Source: a virus
Length of the DNA: 64,000 nucleotides
Strand: one strand, 5' to 3'
Virus record (IMG/VR): IMGVR_UViG_3300044981_000387
Coordinates: 56,728-120,727 of that record
Part shown: piece after piece, positions 45,414 to 53,999 of the stretch
Numbering within the stretch: the first letter of the stretch is position 1
Layout of the letters: each line of letters begins with the position of its first letter
Translations under genes and position numbers: made by a program
The notes under the pieces: model-generated
What the model was told of the DNA's origin: nothing
The model's input: the letters and a program-made list of their open reading frames with translations, nothing else
Database searches by the model: none

Positions 45414-45500
45414 TGGTGATAATGATAGGAATCGAACCTACACGACCTTACGGTCATAGCTTTCTGAGAGCTACGCGGCTACCAATTACGCCACATTACC
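45414..45500 (-). tRNA. tRNA-Leu(CAG)
   Basis: Arm TAGCT-CTCAGAA-AGCTA, long variable arm, CCA. Confidence 0.9.
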
Positions 45501-45505
45501 ATTCT

Positions 45506-45591
45506 TGGTGCTGCCGAAAAGACTTGAACTTTCACGCCATTTCTGGCACAGGCTTCTAAGACCTGCGTGTATACCATTCCACCACAGCAGC
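45506..45591 (-). tRNA. tRNA-Leu(TAG)
   Basis: Arm CAGGT-CTTAGAA-GCCTG, long variable arm, CCA. Confidence 0.9.
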
Positions 45592-45599
45592 ATGTGTCT

Positions 45600-45617
45600 T
45601 TATATCCCCTTATTCCC
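45600..45617 (-). promoter_or_regulatory. candidate phage-specific promoter motif
   Basis: GGGAATA AGGG GATATAA 8 nt upstream of the Leu tRNA cluster. Confidence 0.25.
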
Positions 45618-45621
45618 AGTT

Positions 45622-46077
45622 TTACAGCCATTTAGCCCCATAATGCTTAAACTTCCCATAAAACTGATAACTTTTATCATCCCAAGGCACTACACATAAA
45701 CGAGAGGGAAGAGCTTTATGTCTCGCCACTTTTATCAATTTAGAGCCAATACCTTGCCGACGATAATTGGGATGTACATACATTTCCAATAAAATACCAT
45801 CAGTAGAATGATAACAATAATTGCTAGGAAATCTAGCTTGCGACTCTTCCTTAGACATTAAAGCCCAAGCCACCAAATTATTTTGGTAATAAGCCAATAG
45901 AGTTTGAGCTGAAACTTGACGATATTTGCTGAGAGATAGTAAATGGCTCAGTTCATAATTAAGACCCGAATACGGATACAGAGTCAATTTACGAAATTGT
46001 TTTATCAACTCCGGCTGCTTGGCTACCAAATTAAAGTCTAACGCTCGTATTGTCAAGTCCAAGACATTTTCAGTCAT
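45622..46077 (-). CDS. GNAT acetyltransferase
   Basis: MYVHPNYRRQGIGSKLI, YQFYGK. Confidence 0.85.
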   Translation of the reverse strand: MTENVLDLTIRALDFNLVAKQPELIKQFRKLTLYPYSGLNYELSHLLSLSKYRQVSAQTLLAYYQNNLVAWALMSKEESQARFPSNYCYHSTDGILLEMYVHPNYRRQGIGSKLIKVARHKALPSRLCVVPWDDKSYQFYGKFKHYGAKWL

Positions 46078-46384
46078 CTTTTTTATCCAACAAACCTACT
46101 TCATACAGAAACATAGCGATATCTTGTTTGACGGGGACACCATCTAATGTGGGGGCAGAGGTAAGGAAACTTCTTCCTGGCTCATACCAATAAGTTTTCT
46201 TCTCTTGTTCTGTTAGTTCTACCTTATTATCATAAGGACCAATTTGACAGGCTCCACATTCATCACAATAAAAGGGGGAACATTGCACTAAACCTACCCC
46301 TACATCGACCCAATCTGCTTGACATTGGTCATAACCGCAGTAAGGGCAAGTTTGTCTTTCTTGATAAGCGTCGTAATTACTCAT
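46070..46384 (-). CDS. Cys-rich phage hypothetical protein
   Basis: CPYCG..C.ADWVDVGVG..QC.PFYC..CGA. Confidence 0.7.
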   Translation of the reverse strand: MSNYDAYQERQTCPYCGYDQCQADWVDVGVGLVQCSPFYCDECGACQIGPYDNKVELTEQEKKTYWYEPGRSFLTSAPTLDGVPVKQDIAMFLYEVGLLDKKDD

Positions 46385-46860
46385 GTAGCCTCTGGCAAAG
46401 TTGGATCAATAAAGATAATCTTCTTATCAATGTTCTGTGCATACTTAACGCAGTTGCCGGTACCACCTGGGGAACCATCCCACACCGCAATCAATACATC
46501 ACACCGATCGCACATGTATTGATTCCTAATTTGCATTTTAGCGGCAGTGTATCCACCTTCGCTGACAATGACTTGCTTAGCAGCTTTATTTAGTAGGGCA
46601 TGATAAGTCTTTTGAGAGGTTTGGGGCCAAGCTTTTTGTTGTCCAATAAAAGGAATGGCGGCAGTAAATGGAATACCAAGTTTAATGCAAATATTGGCTG
46701 CCCAACTATCAATACCCAGAGCCATGCCAGAGATAGCTTCGGTAGGTTGCAACTCTTTCAGAGTTTTTTCTAATTGTTGGCAGACATGAATATAGGTAGG
46801 ATTGGGAAGTAAAAATCCTCCAAGTTTATTGGGGCGATGACCAGTGAAGCTAACAATCAT
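46381..46860 (-). CDS. SLOG family (YspA/DUF1273-like) protein
   Basis: SFTGHRP, ISGMALGID, RNQYMCD, AVWDG..GGT.NCV. Confidence 0.88.
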   Translation of the reverse strand: MIVSFTGHRPNKLGGFLLPNPTYIHVCQQLEKTLKELQPTEAISGMALGIDSWAANICIKLGIPFTAAIPFIGQQKAWPQTSQKTYHALLNKAAKQVIVSEGGYTAAKMQIRNQYMCDRCDVLIAVWDGSPGGTGNCVKYAQNIDKKIIFIDPTLPEAT

Positions 46861-47174
46861 TTATAAAACCTCGAATTAACCAACAAGTGATAAACACCAT
46901 CTTTGCCAGGAATGGGAGAAACATCATCCCAACCATTAACCAATTCTACTTTATAAACCGAAAAGTTTTCGGGAGGACGAAGAAGATCGTCGCCCCAATC
47001 TAAATCCAAAAACGCTTGGGAGAAGATAAAATCATGAGCTTCTGATGCGGTCTTCCAAATCCAACCGCCCTCATAATCATCATGGGCGCCCACCTTTAAG
47101 CATTGTTCAGGTGGTACTTCGGCTAAACACTTATCATAGGATCTAGTGTGACCAATAGTGAAAGCTACTATCAT
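46857..47174 (-). CDS. hypothetical protein
   Basis: MIVAFTIGH...YEGGWIW; start moved to 47174. Confidence 0.65.
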   Translation of the reverse strand: MIVAFTIGHTRSYDKCLAEVPPEQCLKVGAHDDYEGGWIWKTASEAHDFIFSQAFLDLDWGDDLLRPPENFSVYKVELVNGWDDVSPIPGKDGVYHLLVNSRFYK

Positions 47175-47178
47175 ATTT

Positions 47179-47505
47179 TTATTCTCTTTCATCTCCACAA
47201 TTGCAATCCAAACAACCATTTTCCAAATGCACCACATGACAAGGACAACCACATGATGTAGGCGTAGAAAGCTGCACATAATTTACTATTTGCTCTTCCT
47301 CAATCAGGCGCATGAACTCTTCTCTCAATTGAGAGAACTCGTCGTTCCTTTGCAAGTAAAAGATAGATACATATTGACCACCCAATACGCCCAGCGTTTC
47401 GTATTTAAGGTGAACCTTACCATGAATAAAGGTATTGAAGTTAGCAGCTAATTGTGCATCCTCCTCTTCTTGATTAAAAAGTAAGACGATAGGTAAATTA
47501 ACCAT
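47179..47505 (-). CDS. hypothetical protein
   Basis: MVNLPIVLLF...; Cys-rich C-terminus. Confidence 0.6.
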   Translation of the reverse strand: MVNLPIVLLFNQEEEDAQLAANFNTFIHGKVHLKYETLGVLGGQYVSIFYLQRNDEFSQLREEFMRLIEEEQIVNYVQLSTPTSCGCPCHVVHLENGCLDCNCGDERE

Positions 47506-47525
47506 TATTTCTTTGGGCTTAACTC

Positions 47526-47693
47526 TCACTCCAATAGCTCCCAAGCTTCGTCAAGTGTTACGCACTTTGGGTGATCTTTATGAAACCAAATAGGTTCCTC
47601 ACTGGGAAAGAAATTGGATTTGACTTTTTTATTTTTACAATGCCAACCATTGATAATTAATTTCACTATTTGATAAAAACGATATTCATTCAT
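47526..47693 (-). CDS. hypothetical protein, 55 aa (not in ORF track)
   Basis: MNEYRFYQIVKLIINGWHC...LDEAWELLE*. Confidence 0.55.
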   Translation of the reverse strand: MNEYRFYQIVKLIINGWHCKNKKVKSNFFPSEEPIWFHKDHPKCVTLDEAWELLE

Positions 47694-47694
47694 G

Positions 47695-48408
47695 TTAAAC
47701 CTCCACTAAATGACGAGCCGTTGCAGCATTACTAACCAAAACTCCATTACGATTAGCTATACCGTTAGCCTCGTGTACATGGCCACATAAATAGATCTGA
47801 GGCACCATCTCTCGTGAGATCTTGTAGTCCATAGCATTTGCCAAAACCGTACTACCAATTACTTCATTACCAATGGTAAGATCTAACATCCCATATAAAG
47901 GTGCATGGCAAGCTAACACATCTACATGAGTTTTATTTAAGATATCTACCATTTTATCTACTTCTATCTGCATTTCTGGCAAATGTTTCTCAAAGTTCCA
48001 GGTGCCATCAATAGAAGGCACATATGGGAAACCATAAAAGTTAATGCCCTGAAAAGTCACCAACTTATTGGTTAAATCAATGGCCCTGATGCCCATGGAG
48101 TTTAGCTCTTGTTCCATCAACTCGGGATGCAAAAAATCGTGATTGCCCAGCACATACAAGAAGGGATGCCCTTGCAACCAGCCCTTAAAGTTGGCTTCGT
48201 TGTCTCGCAACCATTGCAGTTGAAACTCCATCTCTCGCGTTTTATCAGCCTGTATCACGTGATGGCTGTTGGGGAAAAAATCGCCCGTATGAATACAGGC
48301 GTCCCATCTTCCATACAAACGCGGAAGGTTTCCATGTGTATCGCTGATATGACATAATCGCATTCTAAAGTTCCTTGCCGTTGCATCTGAAATACGCTTA
48401 ATTTTCAT
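47695..48408 (-). CDS. metallophosphoesterase
   Basis: SDTHG, HTGD, LGNHD, HAP, CGHVHE. Confidence 0.9.
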   Translation of the reverse strand: MKIKRISDATARNFRMRLCHISDTHGNLPRLYGRWDACIHTGDFFPNSHHVIQADKTREMEFQLQWLRDNEANFKGWLQGHPFLYVLGNHDFLHPELMEQELNSMGIRAIDLTNKLVTFQGINFYGFPYVPSIDGTWNFEKHLPEMQIEVDKMVDILNKTHVDVLACHAPLYGMLDLTIGNEVIGSTVLANAMDYKISREMVPQIYLCGHVHEANGIANRNGVLVSNAATARHLVEV

Positions 48409-48409
48409 T

Positions 48410-48613
48410 TTAGTCTACCTCTACTCTAACGGAGACTCCATCCAAAACAGGTGGAACTACCTTGCGCACCGAATTATCTATTTTTCTAGAGGAAACCAGA
48501 ATGCCCCAACCATCCGAGACAGCACAAATAACACTACCCTTATACCAAGCATAATTGCACAATTTCATTTTAAGCGCCACACGAGCCTGATTAGCTTCTC
48601 GAAAAGTAGACAT
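48410..48613 (-). CDS. hypothetical protein
   Basis: 67 aa ORF. Confidence 0.65.
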   Translation of the reverse strand: MSTFREANQARVALKMKLCNYAWYKGSVICAVSDGWGILVSSRKIDNSVRKVVPPVLDGVSVRVEVD

Positions 48614-48623
48614 GATATTCCTT

Positions 48624-49274
48624 TTATGAAAAAAGTATCCAAAGTTTCAATTTTTCAATTACCTTATTGGTTTGAGAAAAATCTAAGTCAGCTAATGGCA
48701 ATATGATACCTCTTGTTTCGCTCTCTGCTTGTAATGGAGGGGGAACGACCACCATGACATTTTCATCATATTCTAAAATGATGCGATATTCGTCATTATC
48801 TTGAAATAAATATAATGACTCACGAACTGGTTGAATGTTAGAAACACTACCATTATTAAACTCTAAATCTGAAGTATTGAGATAACTATAATTACACGCT
48901 TTACATTCAGCAAAAATATAAAAAAAGAACTCTACCTCAGTAGCTTTATCAGCTATAACTTGATCAGGGCCAGCTACCAACATCTTATAACTATTTTGTT
49001 GACAATCTACTAAATAACTAGCCGTATAGCTGCCGGCAGGACTGTTTTTATCTTCTCTATCGTATCGAAAATCACAATCAATTTGTAGTTGAGCGGCAAT
49101 CTTTTTCCATTCTTTTATCTCAAAATGCTCATCAGGCCCTACGGTAAGCTCCAAATGTCGTTCCGGATTCTTACACAACGGGCATAAGAGACAATAGTCC
49201 CATAATTTTTCAATAGAAGAGAATATTTTCACATTATTCCTAGGTAGCACATGATAGGTCCCTATACCCAGCAA
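48624..49274 (-). CDS. hypothetical zinc-binding protein
   Basis: CPLC, CKAC; C-terminus KLKLWILFS; start uncertain. Confidence 0.6.
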   Translation of the reverse strand: MLGIGTYHVLPRNNVKIFSSIEKLWDYCLLCPLCKNPERHLELTVGPDEHFEIKEWKKIAAQLQIDCDFRYDREDKNSPAGSYTASYLVDCQQNSYKMLVAGPDQVIADKATEVEFFFYIFAECKACNYSYLNTSDLEFNNGSVSNIQPVRESLYLFQDNDEYRIILEYDENVMVVVPPPLQAESETRGIILPLADLDFSQTNKVIEKLKLWILFS

Positions 49275-49865
49275 CTAATAGCTTTAGCCGAAGAATTATC
49301 TAATAAAATGGATAATACCTTCATAACGCCCAGTGCTAGACCTAATTTTAATGTTCAATTTGAGGCCCAACGCCAATTTGGCAGACAATTCTTCGATAAA
49401 CTTAGAAAGGTTTATGGAGAATTAATGGGCGATCTTCTAACACTTAAAGAGCGTAATTTCGATCCAAAAATGTATAGCCTAGCCAATAAAGTTAAGAGCG
49501 AAGTGGAGAAAATTATGAAACGCATCAGCGAAAATAATCCACATAAAGCTGGTTGGGATCTGGTTCATTATGTATTAGAAAAACCCAATCGAGACATTAT
49601 CGACAATCTAGAGTTCTTAGCTAAGCATCATTTAGGCGTTACTCATTCTGAGGTAGCTGGTAAGTTTAATATTCTACCCACTACTAAATATGCCGAAATC
49701 AATAGTTTTCAACATCTAAAAGAGTTGGCCACAGAAATCAGGGAATACATGGAACAGTTTCCGCCTATGCCAGTGCCAACCAGCACTCCACCGCCACCAT
49801 TAGAGCGTAATCCAATGGCTGATCCACTTATCAAAGCTCCACCGGATGCAGTAACTAAAGCTTAA
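49251..49865 (+). CDS. hypothetical helical protein, Pro-rich C-terminus
   Basis: 204 aa on the opposite strand from its neighbours. Confidence 0.65.
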   Translation: MIGPYTQQLIALAEELSNKMDNTFITPSARPNFNVQFEAQRQFGRQFFDKLRKVYGELMGDLLTLKERNFDPKMYSLANKVKSEVEKIMKRISENNPHKAGWDLVHYVLEKPNRDIIDNLEFLAKHHLGVTHSEVAGKFNILPTTKYAEINSFQHLKELATEIREYMEQFPPMPVPTSTPPPPLERNPMADPLIKAPPDAVTKA

Positions 49866-50354
49866 TTATTTAGTTGGGAATAATGAGGGTTGCGAAGCGA
49901 ACAGCTGTTTCCACAAATCACGAGCCGTCGGCATAGGAATCGAAGTAGTAGCCGAAACAGTAACAGCAGCGGTAGCCGGAGAAGTCGTTACCGTAGCGGT
50001 AGTGGCAGCTGAAACTGCTGCTGCAGCCACTTTAGCTGGATTGAAAGCCACTTGGGCGCGCTTCTGATCATCGTACTTGGTATCAAGGTCCCAGGAAGCA
50101 CTTAATGGATGGTAAAGTAAAGCTTCTGCCGTATTAACACCATCATCTAAAGTTACGGTAATGGGGGTACGAGCCCAACCTTGAGGTGCAATCTCATTAG
50201 CAAAAAGGGCACGAACCTCATCCCTCACAGCTCTGTGAGTAGTGTTAGGAAGCAAAGTTTTTACTTTATTGCTAACATCTAGCGCTGTAAATAATTCATC
50301 ATTGTCCATAAACTCTTGCACTACGGTGCGAACGGTATCTTGTAATGTAGCCAT
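49866..50354 (-). CDS. hypothetical protein with Ala/Thr-rich linker
   Basis: GGAG RBS, strong upstream promoter, ELFTALDVS. Confidence 0.75.
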   Translation of the reverse strand: MATLQDTVRTVVQEFMDNDELFTALDVSNKVKTLLPNTTHRAVRDEVRALFANEIAPQGWARTPITVTLDDGVNTAEALLYHPLSASWDLDTKYDDQKRAQVAFNPAKVAAAAVSAATTATVTTSPATAAVTVSATTSIPMPTARDLWKQLFASQPSLFPTK

Positions 50355-50375
50355 TGTATATTCTCCTGTTTTGTT

Positions 50376-50403
50376 ATTGTAAATCTTATAAATTGGATGT
50401 CAA
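50376..50403 (-). promoter_or_regulatory. sigma70 promoter with conserved spacer box
   Basis: TTGACA TCCAATTTATAAGATT TACAAT. Confidence 0.75.
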
Positions 50404-50413
50404 GGGTGTCGGG

Positions 50414-50848
50414 TTATTCGCCCTGCAATTCTTTGCGAATCTTCATTAAAATCTTGCCCAACATATTCTTACCGGTACCATCAGCTCCACAACCCCAGTA
50501 ACGGTCATCTGAGGTCGTAGTATCCTCGATTAACTCTTGATCACCCGTGGCTATCAGCTGATCTCGCAAATCCTTATGTTGCAAAAACTTGGCCAACACA
50601 CATTCTTCCATGACACGATCCTTATGAATGTCATCCCAATGCTCACGCATTCTGACCTTCTGTCCCAATAAGCGAGCATCATTAGCTTTCTTGGTTTGAT
50701 GAATGGCATCATATTCGGTACGATCGGCACATTTTTGGGCCTGATAGGCATGTTCGCAAGTGTCCCACCATCTATTATAGATATAAAATCGAGCTTTGTA
50801 ATAATTACTCATGTAGCCGCCGAGATCTTTGATCTTGTAAAACTTCAT
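50414..50848 (-). CDS. NADAR (YbiA) family ADP-ribose hydrolase
   Basis: MSNYY, EHAYQAQK, KFLQH..L...L..TG, D.YWG, G.NMLGKILM.IR. Confidence 0.93.
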   Translation of the reverse strand: MKFYKIKDLGGYMSNYYKARFYIYNRWWDTCEHAYQAQKCADRTEYDAIHQTKKANDARLLGQKVRMREHWDDIHKDRVMEECVLAKFLQHKDLRDQLIATGDQELIEDTTTSDDRYWGCGADGTGKNMLGKILMKIRKELQGE

Positions 50849-51123
50849 TTGGCAGCCTCTTTGCATCTGTCAGCCAAATAAGACATCAACCACCAATCAT
50901 AGGTATAAATATTCTTCTTTTTGCATGACATAACTTCTTCAATTTCCTCTTCCATACTTTCTTCATCACCATTAGCCTTGATCATTTCTACCAACATAAT
51001 TTTATTTTCAGGAGTATTTAATAGTTGATAGTCATTACATCCATGATTAGAAAACTCATCTGAAGCTTTTTGTAATAACTCTGCAATGGCAGTTAATTCA
51101 GCCGAGGTTAATTTCTTACTCAT
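50845..51123 (-). CDS. hypothetical protein
   Basis: GGAGG RBS before MSKKLTSAE. Confidence 0.65.
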   Translation of the reverse strand: MSKKLTSAELTAIAELLQKASDEFSNHGCNDYQLLNTPENKIMLVEMIKANGDEESMEEEIEEVMSCKKKNIYTYDWWLMSYLADRCKEAAK

Positions 51124-51124
51124 C

Positions 51125-51400
51125 TTAATCCTCCATATAGCGGAGCTTATTATAATGTGCACGAGAAATGTTCTGAGAAAAATTGTGCCAAACTTCCCAT
51201 CCCATTTTTTTAAGTATAAGTGAATCTTCTTCTGAAACAATCTTACAACCAGAAACAGAAATCTCTCCAATATTTATTACGGCAATCTCAAAATATTCTA
51301 ACGCATACTTCTGTAAAATGTTTAGCCCTTTAATAAAATTAAATTGGTCATAAAGTGATTCCATCACTATATCAATGGCGTCAGGAGGATACTCTTCCAT
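51125..51400 (-). CDS. hypothetical protein
   Basis: 91 aa ORF. Confidence 0.55.
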   Translation of the reverse strand: MEEYPPDAIDIVMESLYDQFNFIKGLNILQKYALEYFEIAVINIGEISVSGCKIVSEEDSLILKKMGWEVWHNFSQNISRAHYNKLRYMED

Positions 51401-51885
51401 TACTCATCTCCTTCGCGCTGATAGATAACCACTCGCGTTCCTTGTTGTTCTTTAACATACTTGGCAAAATTAGTTAGTGTGCCTAGAAAATGTTCCCAAT
51501 TACCACCCGCAATTCCGCAGCCTACTTTGTATGGAAAGGCGATACTTTGTAAGTCAGTAATTTTGGCTACTCGGAGCAAGCATTGATGAAAATATTTCTC
51601 TCTAGCTTTAACCCCATCTAAATCAGAATCTGGATACCGAAGACCTCCGGGATAAAATTGAGCGAACATATTGATGACGAATCTTTTATCCACTCCATTA
51701 CCACGAACTTCAATAGTACCGGGGATATCCGTTTTGGTATGAGACATATAGCAATCAGCATGTGGATATTTGTCAAAGATAGCGCGAGCGATTCCGCTAG
51801 CCCCTCCGATAGAAACACAATTGGTTTGATGAGCGATGTATTTCTCAGTAGCATCTAATAGATCGCCAGTAATTATTTCAATCAT
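51400..51885 (-). CDS. macrodomain protein (Poa1/DarG-like)
   Basis: IITGDLL, IAHQTNC, GIARAIFDKYP, NMFAQ, IAFPYKVGCGIAGGNW. Confidence 0.9.
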   Translation of the reverse strand: MIEIITGDLLDATEKYIAHQTNCVSIGGASGIARAIFDKYPHADCYMSHTKTDIPGTIEVRGNGVDKRFVINMFAQFYPGGLRYPDSDLDGVKAREKYFHQCLLRVAKITDLQSIAFPYKVGCGIAGGNWEHFLGTLTNFAKYVKEQQGTRVVIYQREGDE

Positions 51886-52358
51886 ATCTGCCACCATTCT
51901 GGTGTGGGTCGGTTTGTCCATTTTGCAATATAAGCTTTATCACCACGATAATAATTACGATATGATTCAATCGGATCTTCTACTTTATATTGGTCAGGCA
52001 TACATTTAGCGAAAGGCATTAAACCATGCGACGGTATTTCTAAACAATGAGTAGATGTTTTAAAATATTCGATATATTCCTGACATTTATGTTTTTTATT
52101 ATATCGATAAGTATATTCTTCGCACAATGCGAGTGCTAAATTATTTAACCAATCGAAGTTTTCTTTCGAAAGTGCAGTCCAAATACTGATAGGGTGTTTC
52201 AGGTGCGTTAGCTTATAAATCGGAACATAATTAAAATTATGAATAGTAAGCGCATTGTTTAATAGTTGCGTTGATTCTAAAATCATTTTGACGCAATGCT
52301 TGTCTAAATGATACTGAGCGCACTTCACTACATCAGCATCAAGGGCAAAAATATTCAT
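51882..52358 (-). CDS. pyrimidine-dimer DNA glycosylase family protein (DenV-like)
   Basis: MNIFALD...DKHCVKMILESTQLL, HLKHP...W, YTYRY..H, SYRNYY. Confidence 0.85.
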   Translation of the reverse strand: MNIFALDADVVKCAQYHLDKHCVKMILESTQLLNNALTIHNFNYVPIYKLTHLKHPISIWTALSKENFDWLNNLALALCEEYTYRYNKKHKCQEYIEYFKTSTHCLEIPSHGLMPFAKCMPDQYKVEDPIESYRNYYRGDKAYIAKWTNRPTPEWWQI

Positions 52359-52427
52359 TTTATGATCTATTCTAGAACTAACAACCAAACATAATGTAAA
52401 GAAAATACGATATTTATCAGAACTATC

Positions 52428-53906
52428 TTACCTCGCTTGGGTCTCAAACTCAATGATGTATCTAATTCTATGTTGTTGGGTAGGCCCTGTTGGGGTATAT
52501 GTTATCAACTCATCATTATATAATGATCCGCCCGCTTTGGCCCAAACGCTATGATTAGGGCGAATGTTTTCTCGCGTATAAAAACTTGAATACTTAGTAA
52601 TTTCTTGATTACCGAAGGCAACATCCGCTAAAAACAAATAGCCTGTTTTGTTGTTTCCTTGAGCCCAGTGCGATCCACGAACATCTACATAATTTATACT
52701 CTTAGTGGAGTTGGTGGCCCAGTAGATCCCATCTCCAAATGCGGAACCTGCATGCACCACACCAGAAGGGCGAATCAAGAGTCCCTTGGTAGTAATACCA
52801 ATCATATTAGCTCGACGAGTGCCATGCCAACCTGGCAGGATATTAGCATTCTTATATAGACTATCCATGGCCTTGTCTACATCCATTCGTTCTCGAACAT
52901 ACTTAGCATAAACATCCGAAGGTTGGAACTTACCACATTCCTTAGCAATCTTTTCGGCAGTAGCCAACCAACGCTTATCTTCTCCATGGCGTTGCACTCG
53001 GAAAACCTTATGAGTCTTCAATTTGCCCAAACCTTGATGATTGCTAGCGCGAGTGCCATGCAACATCTTATCGATCCATTGGAAAATGGGATCCATGGGA
53101 TCTACCCACTCGAAATCGGCATTGAGGGTAGCATACTGGGAATCAACGGCAGACTTCTTGGAAATAACGGCTTGCACATTTTTGGCATCGGCAAAGACGT
53201 CAAGAATGTCTTGGGCCAAATCAATTTTACTATCGTTGTCAAAACGCAAAACATCTGCATTGATTCTATGTCCCAATACATGAGGGATGTTAGAATAATA
53301 CTGACTAGTTAGTTTGTTTAACTCAGACACATCAGGTTTCGTAGCATGCACCTGAGTACGGGCCTCATCCAAAATCTTCTTGGCTAAATCAATCTGATCT
53401 AAAGATAACTGACCAAGCGGGCACTTTTTAGTGTCAAGGTTCAATTCTACGAACTCTTGCGTCACGCCGAACCAAGTGCGAACTAAATCTTGCACCTCAG
53501 AATGTAATTTACTGGGAGTAGCATCTTTCTCCACTACCGTAGCGCCCAACTTCTTTAAGGCTTCCACTGACACCGAAGAATCTACCTTGGACTTACCGAC
53601 ATCAGAACCGATGTCAGCTTTTGCCAATTTAACTTCTACATAACCCTTTTTGGTCTTACTCTTAATAATAGAGAGGGCTTCCTTCTCAGCTTGAGACTGA
53701 CTATCACAGATACGATATTCTTTGGCGCCACCTGCCCCTACACGACCATAGACAGTATATAGATACATTTTACCTTTATCATCTTTGACAATCTCTAAAT
53801 TATAGAACTTGTTGTTATTATTGACAATATCGGTAAAATTAAGGGTCCACCTCTGAATGGACTCCACCACATTCACTTGAATGTTCTTTTCAACGGGAAG
53901 CGTCAT
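52428..53906 (-). CDS. WGR + regulatory + catalytic poly(ADP-ribose) polymerase
   Basis: NNKFY...YGRVG (WGR), LTSQYYSNIPH, WHGT, FGDGIYWA...KSINY, YNDELITY (H-Y-E triad). Confidence 0.92.
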   Translation of the reverse strand: MTLPVEKNIQVNVVESIQRWTLNFTDIVNNNNKFYNLEIVKDDKGKMYLYTVYGRVGAGGAKEYRICDSQSQAEKEALSIIKSKTKKGYVEVKLAKADIGSDVGKSKVDSSVSVEALKKLGATVVEKDATPSKLHSEVQDLVRTWFGVTQEFVELNLDTKKCPLGQLSLDQIDLAKKILDEARTQVHATKPDVSELNKLTSQYYSNIPHVLGHRINADVLRFDNDSKIDLAQDILDVFADAKNVQAVISKKSAVDSQYATLNADFEWVDPMDPIFQWIDKMLHGTRASNHQGLGKLKTHKVFRVQRHGEDKRWLATAEKIAKECGKFQPSDVYAKYVRERMDVDKAMDSLYKNANILPGWHGTRRANMIGITTKGLLIRPSGVVHAGSAFGDGIYWATNSTKSINYVDVRGSHWAQGNNKTGYLFLADVAFGNQEITKYSSFYTRENIRPNHSVWAKAGGSLYNDELITYTPTGPTQQHRIRYIIEFETQAR

Positions 53907-53999
53907 ATTATCCTCTTTATCTAATTCGGGCGACTATATTGAGTCGAAGCTGACGATATCAATTGTTAATATTATTATACGAACTATTTCTCGACAAAA

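Noticed and set aside
43563-45699. Track ORFs overlapping the tRNA clusters (43563, 43582, 44663, 45505)
   Set aside because: The sequence is explained by tRNA genes.
46030-46056. TTGACA near the start of the GNAT gene
   Set aside because: Within coding sequence and without a convincing -10.
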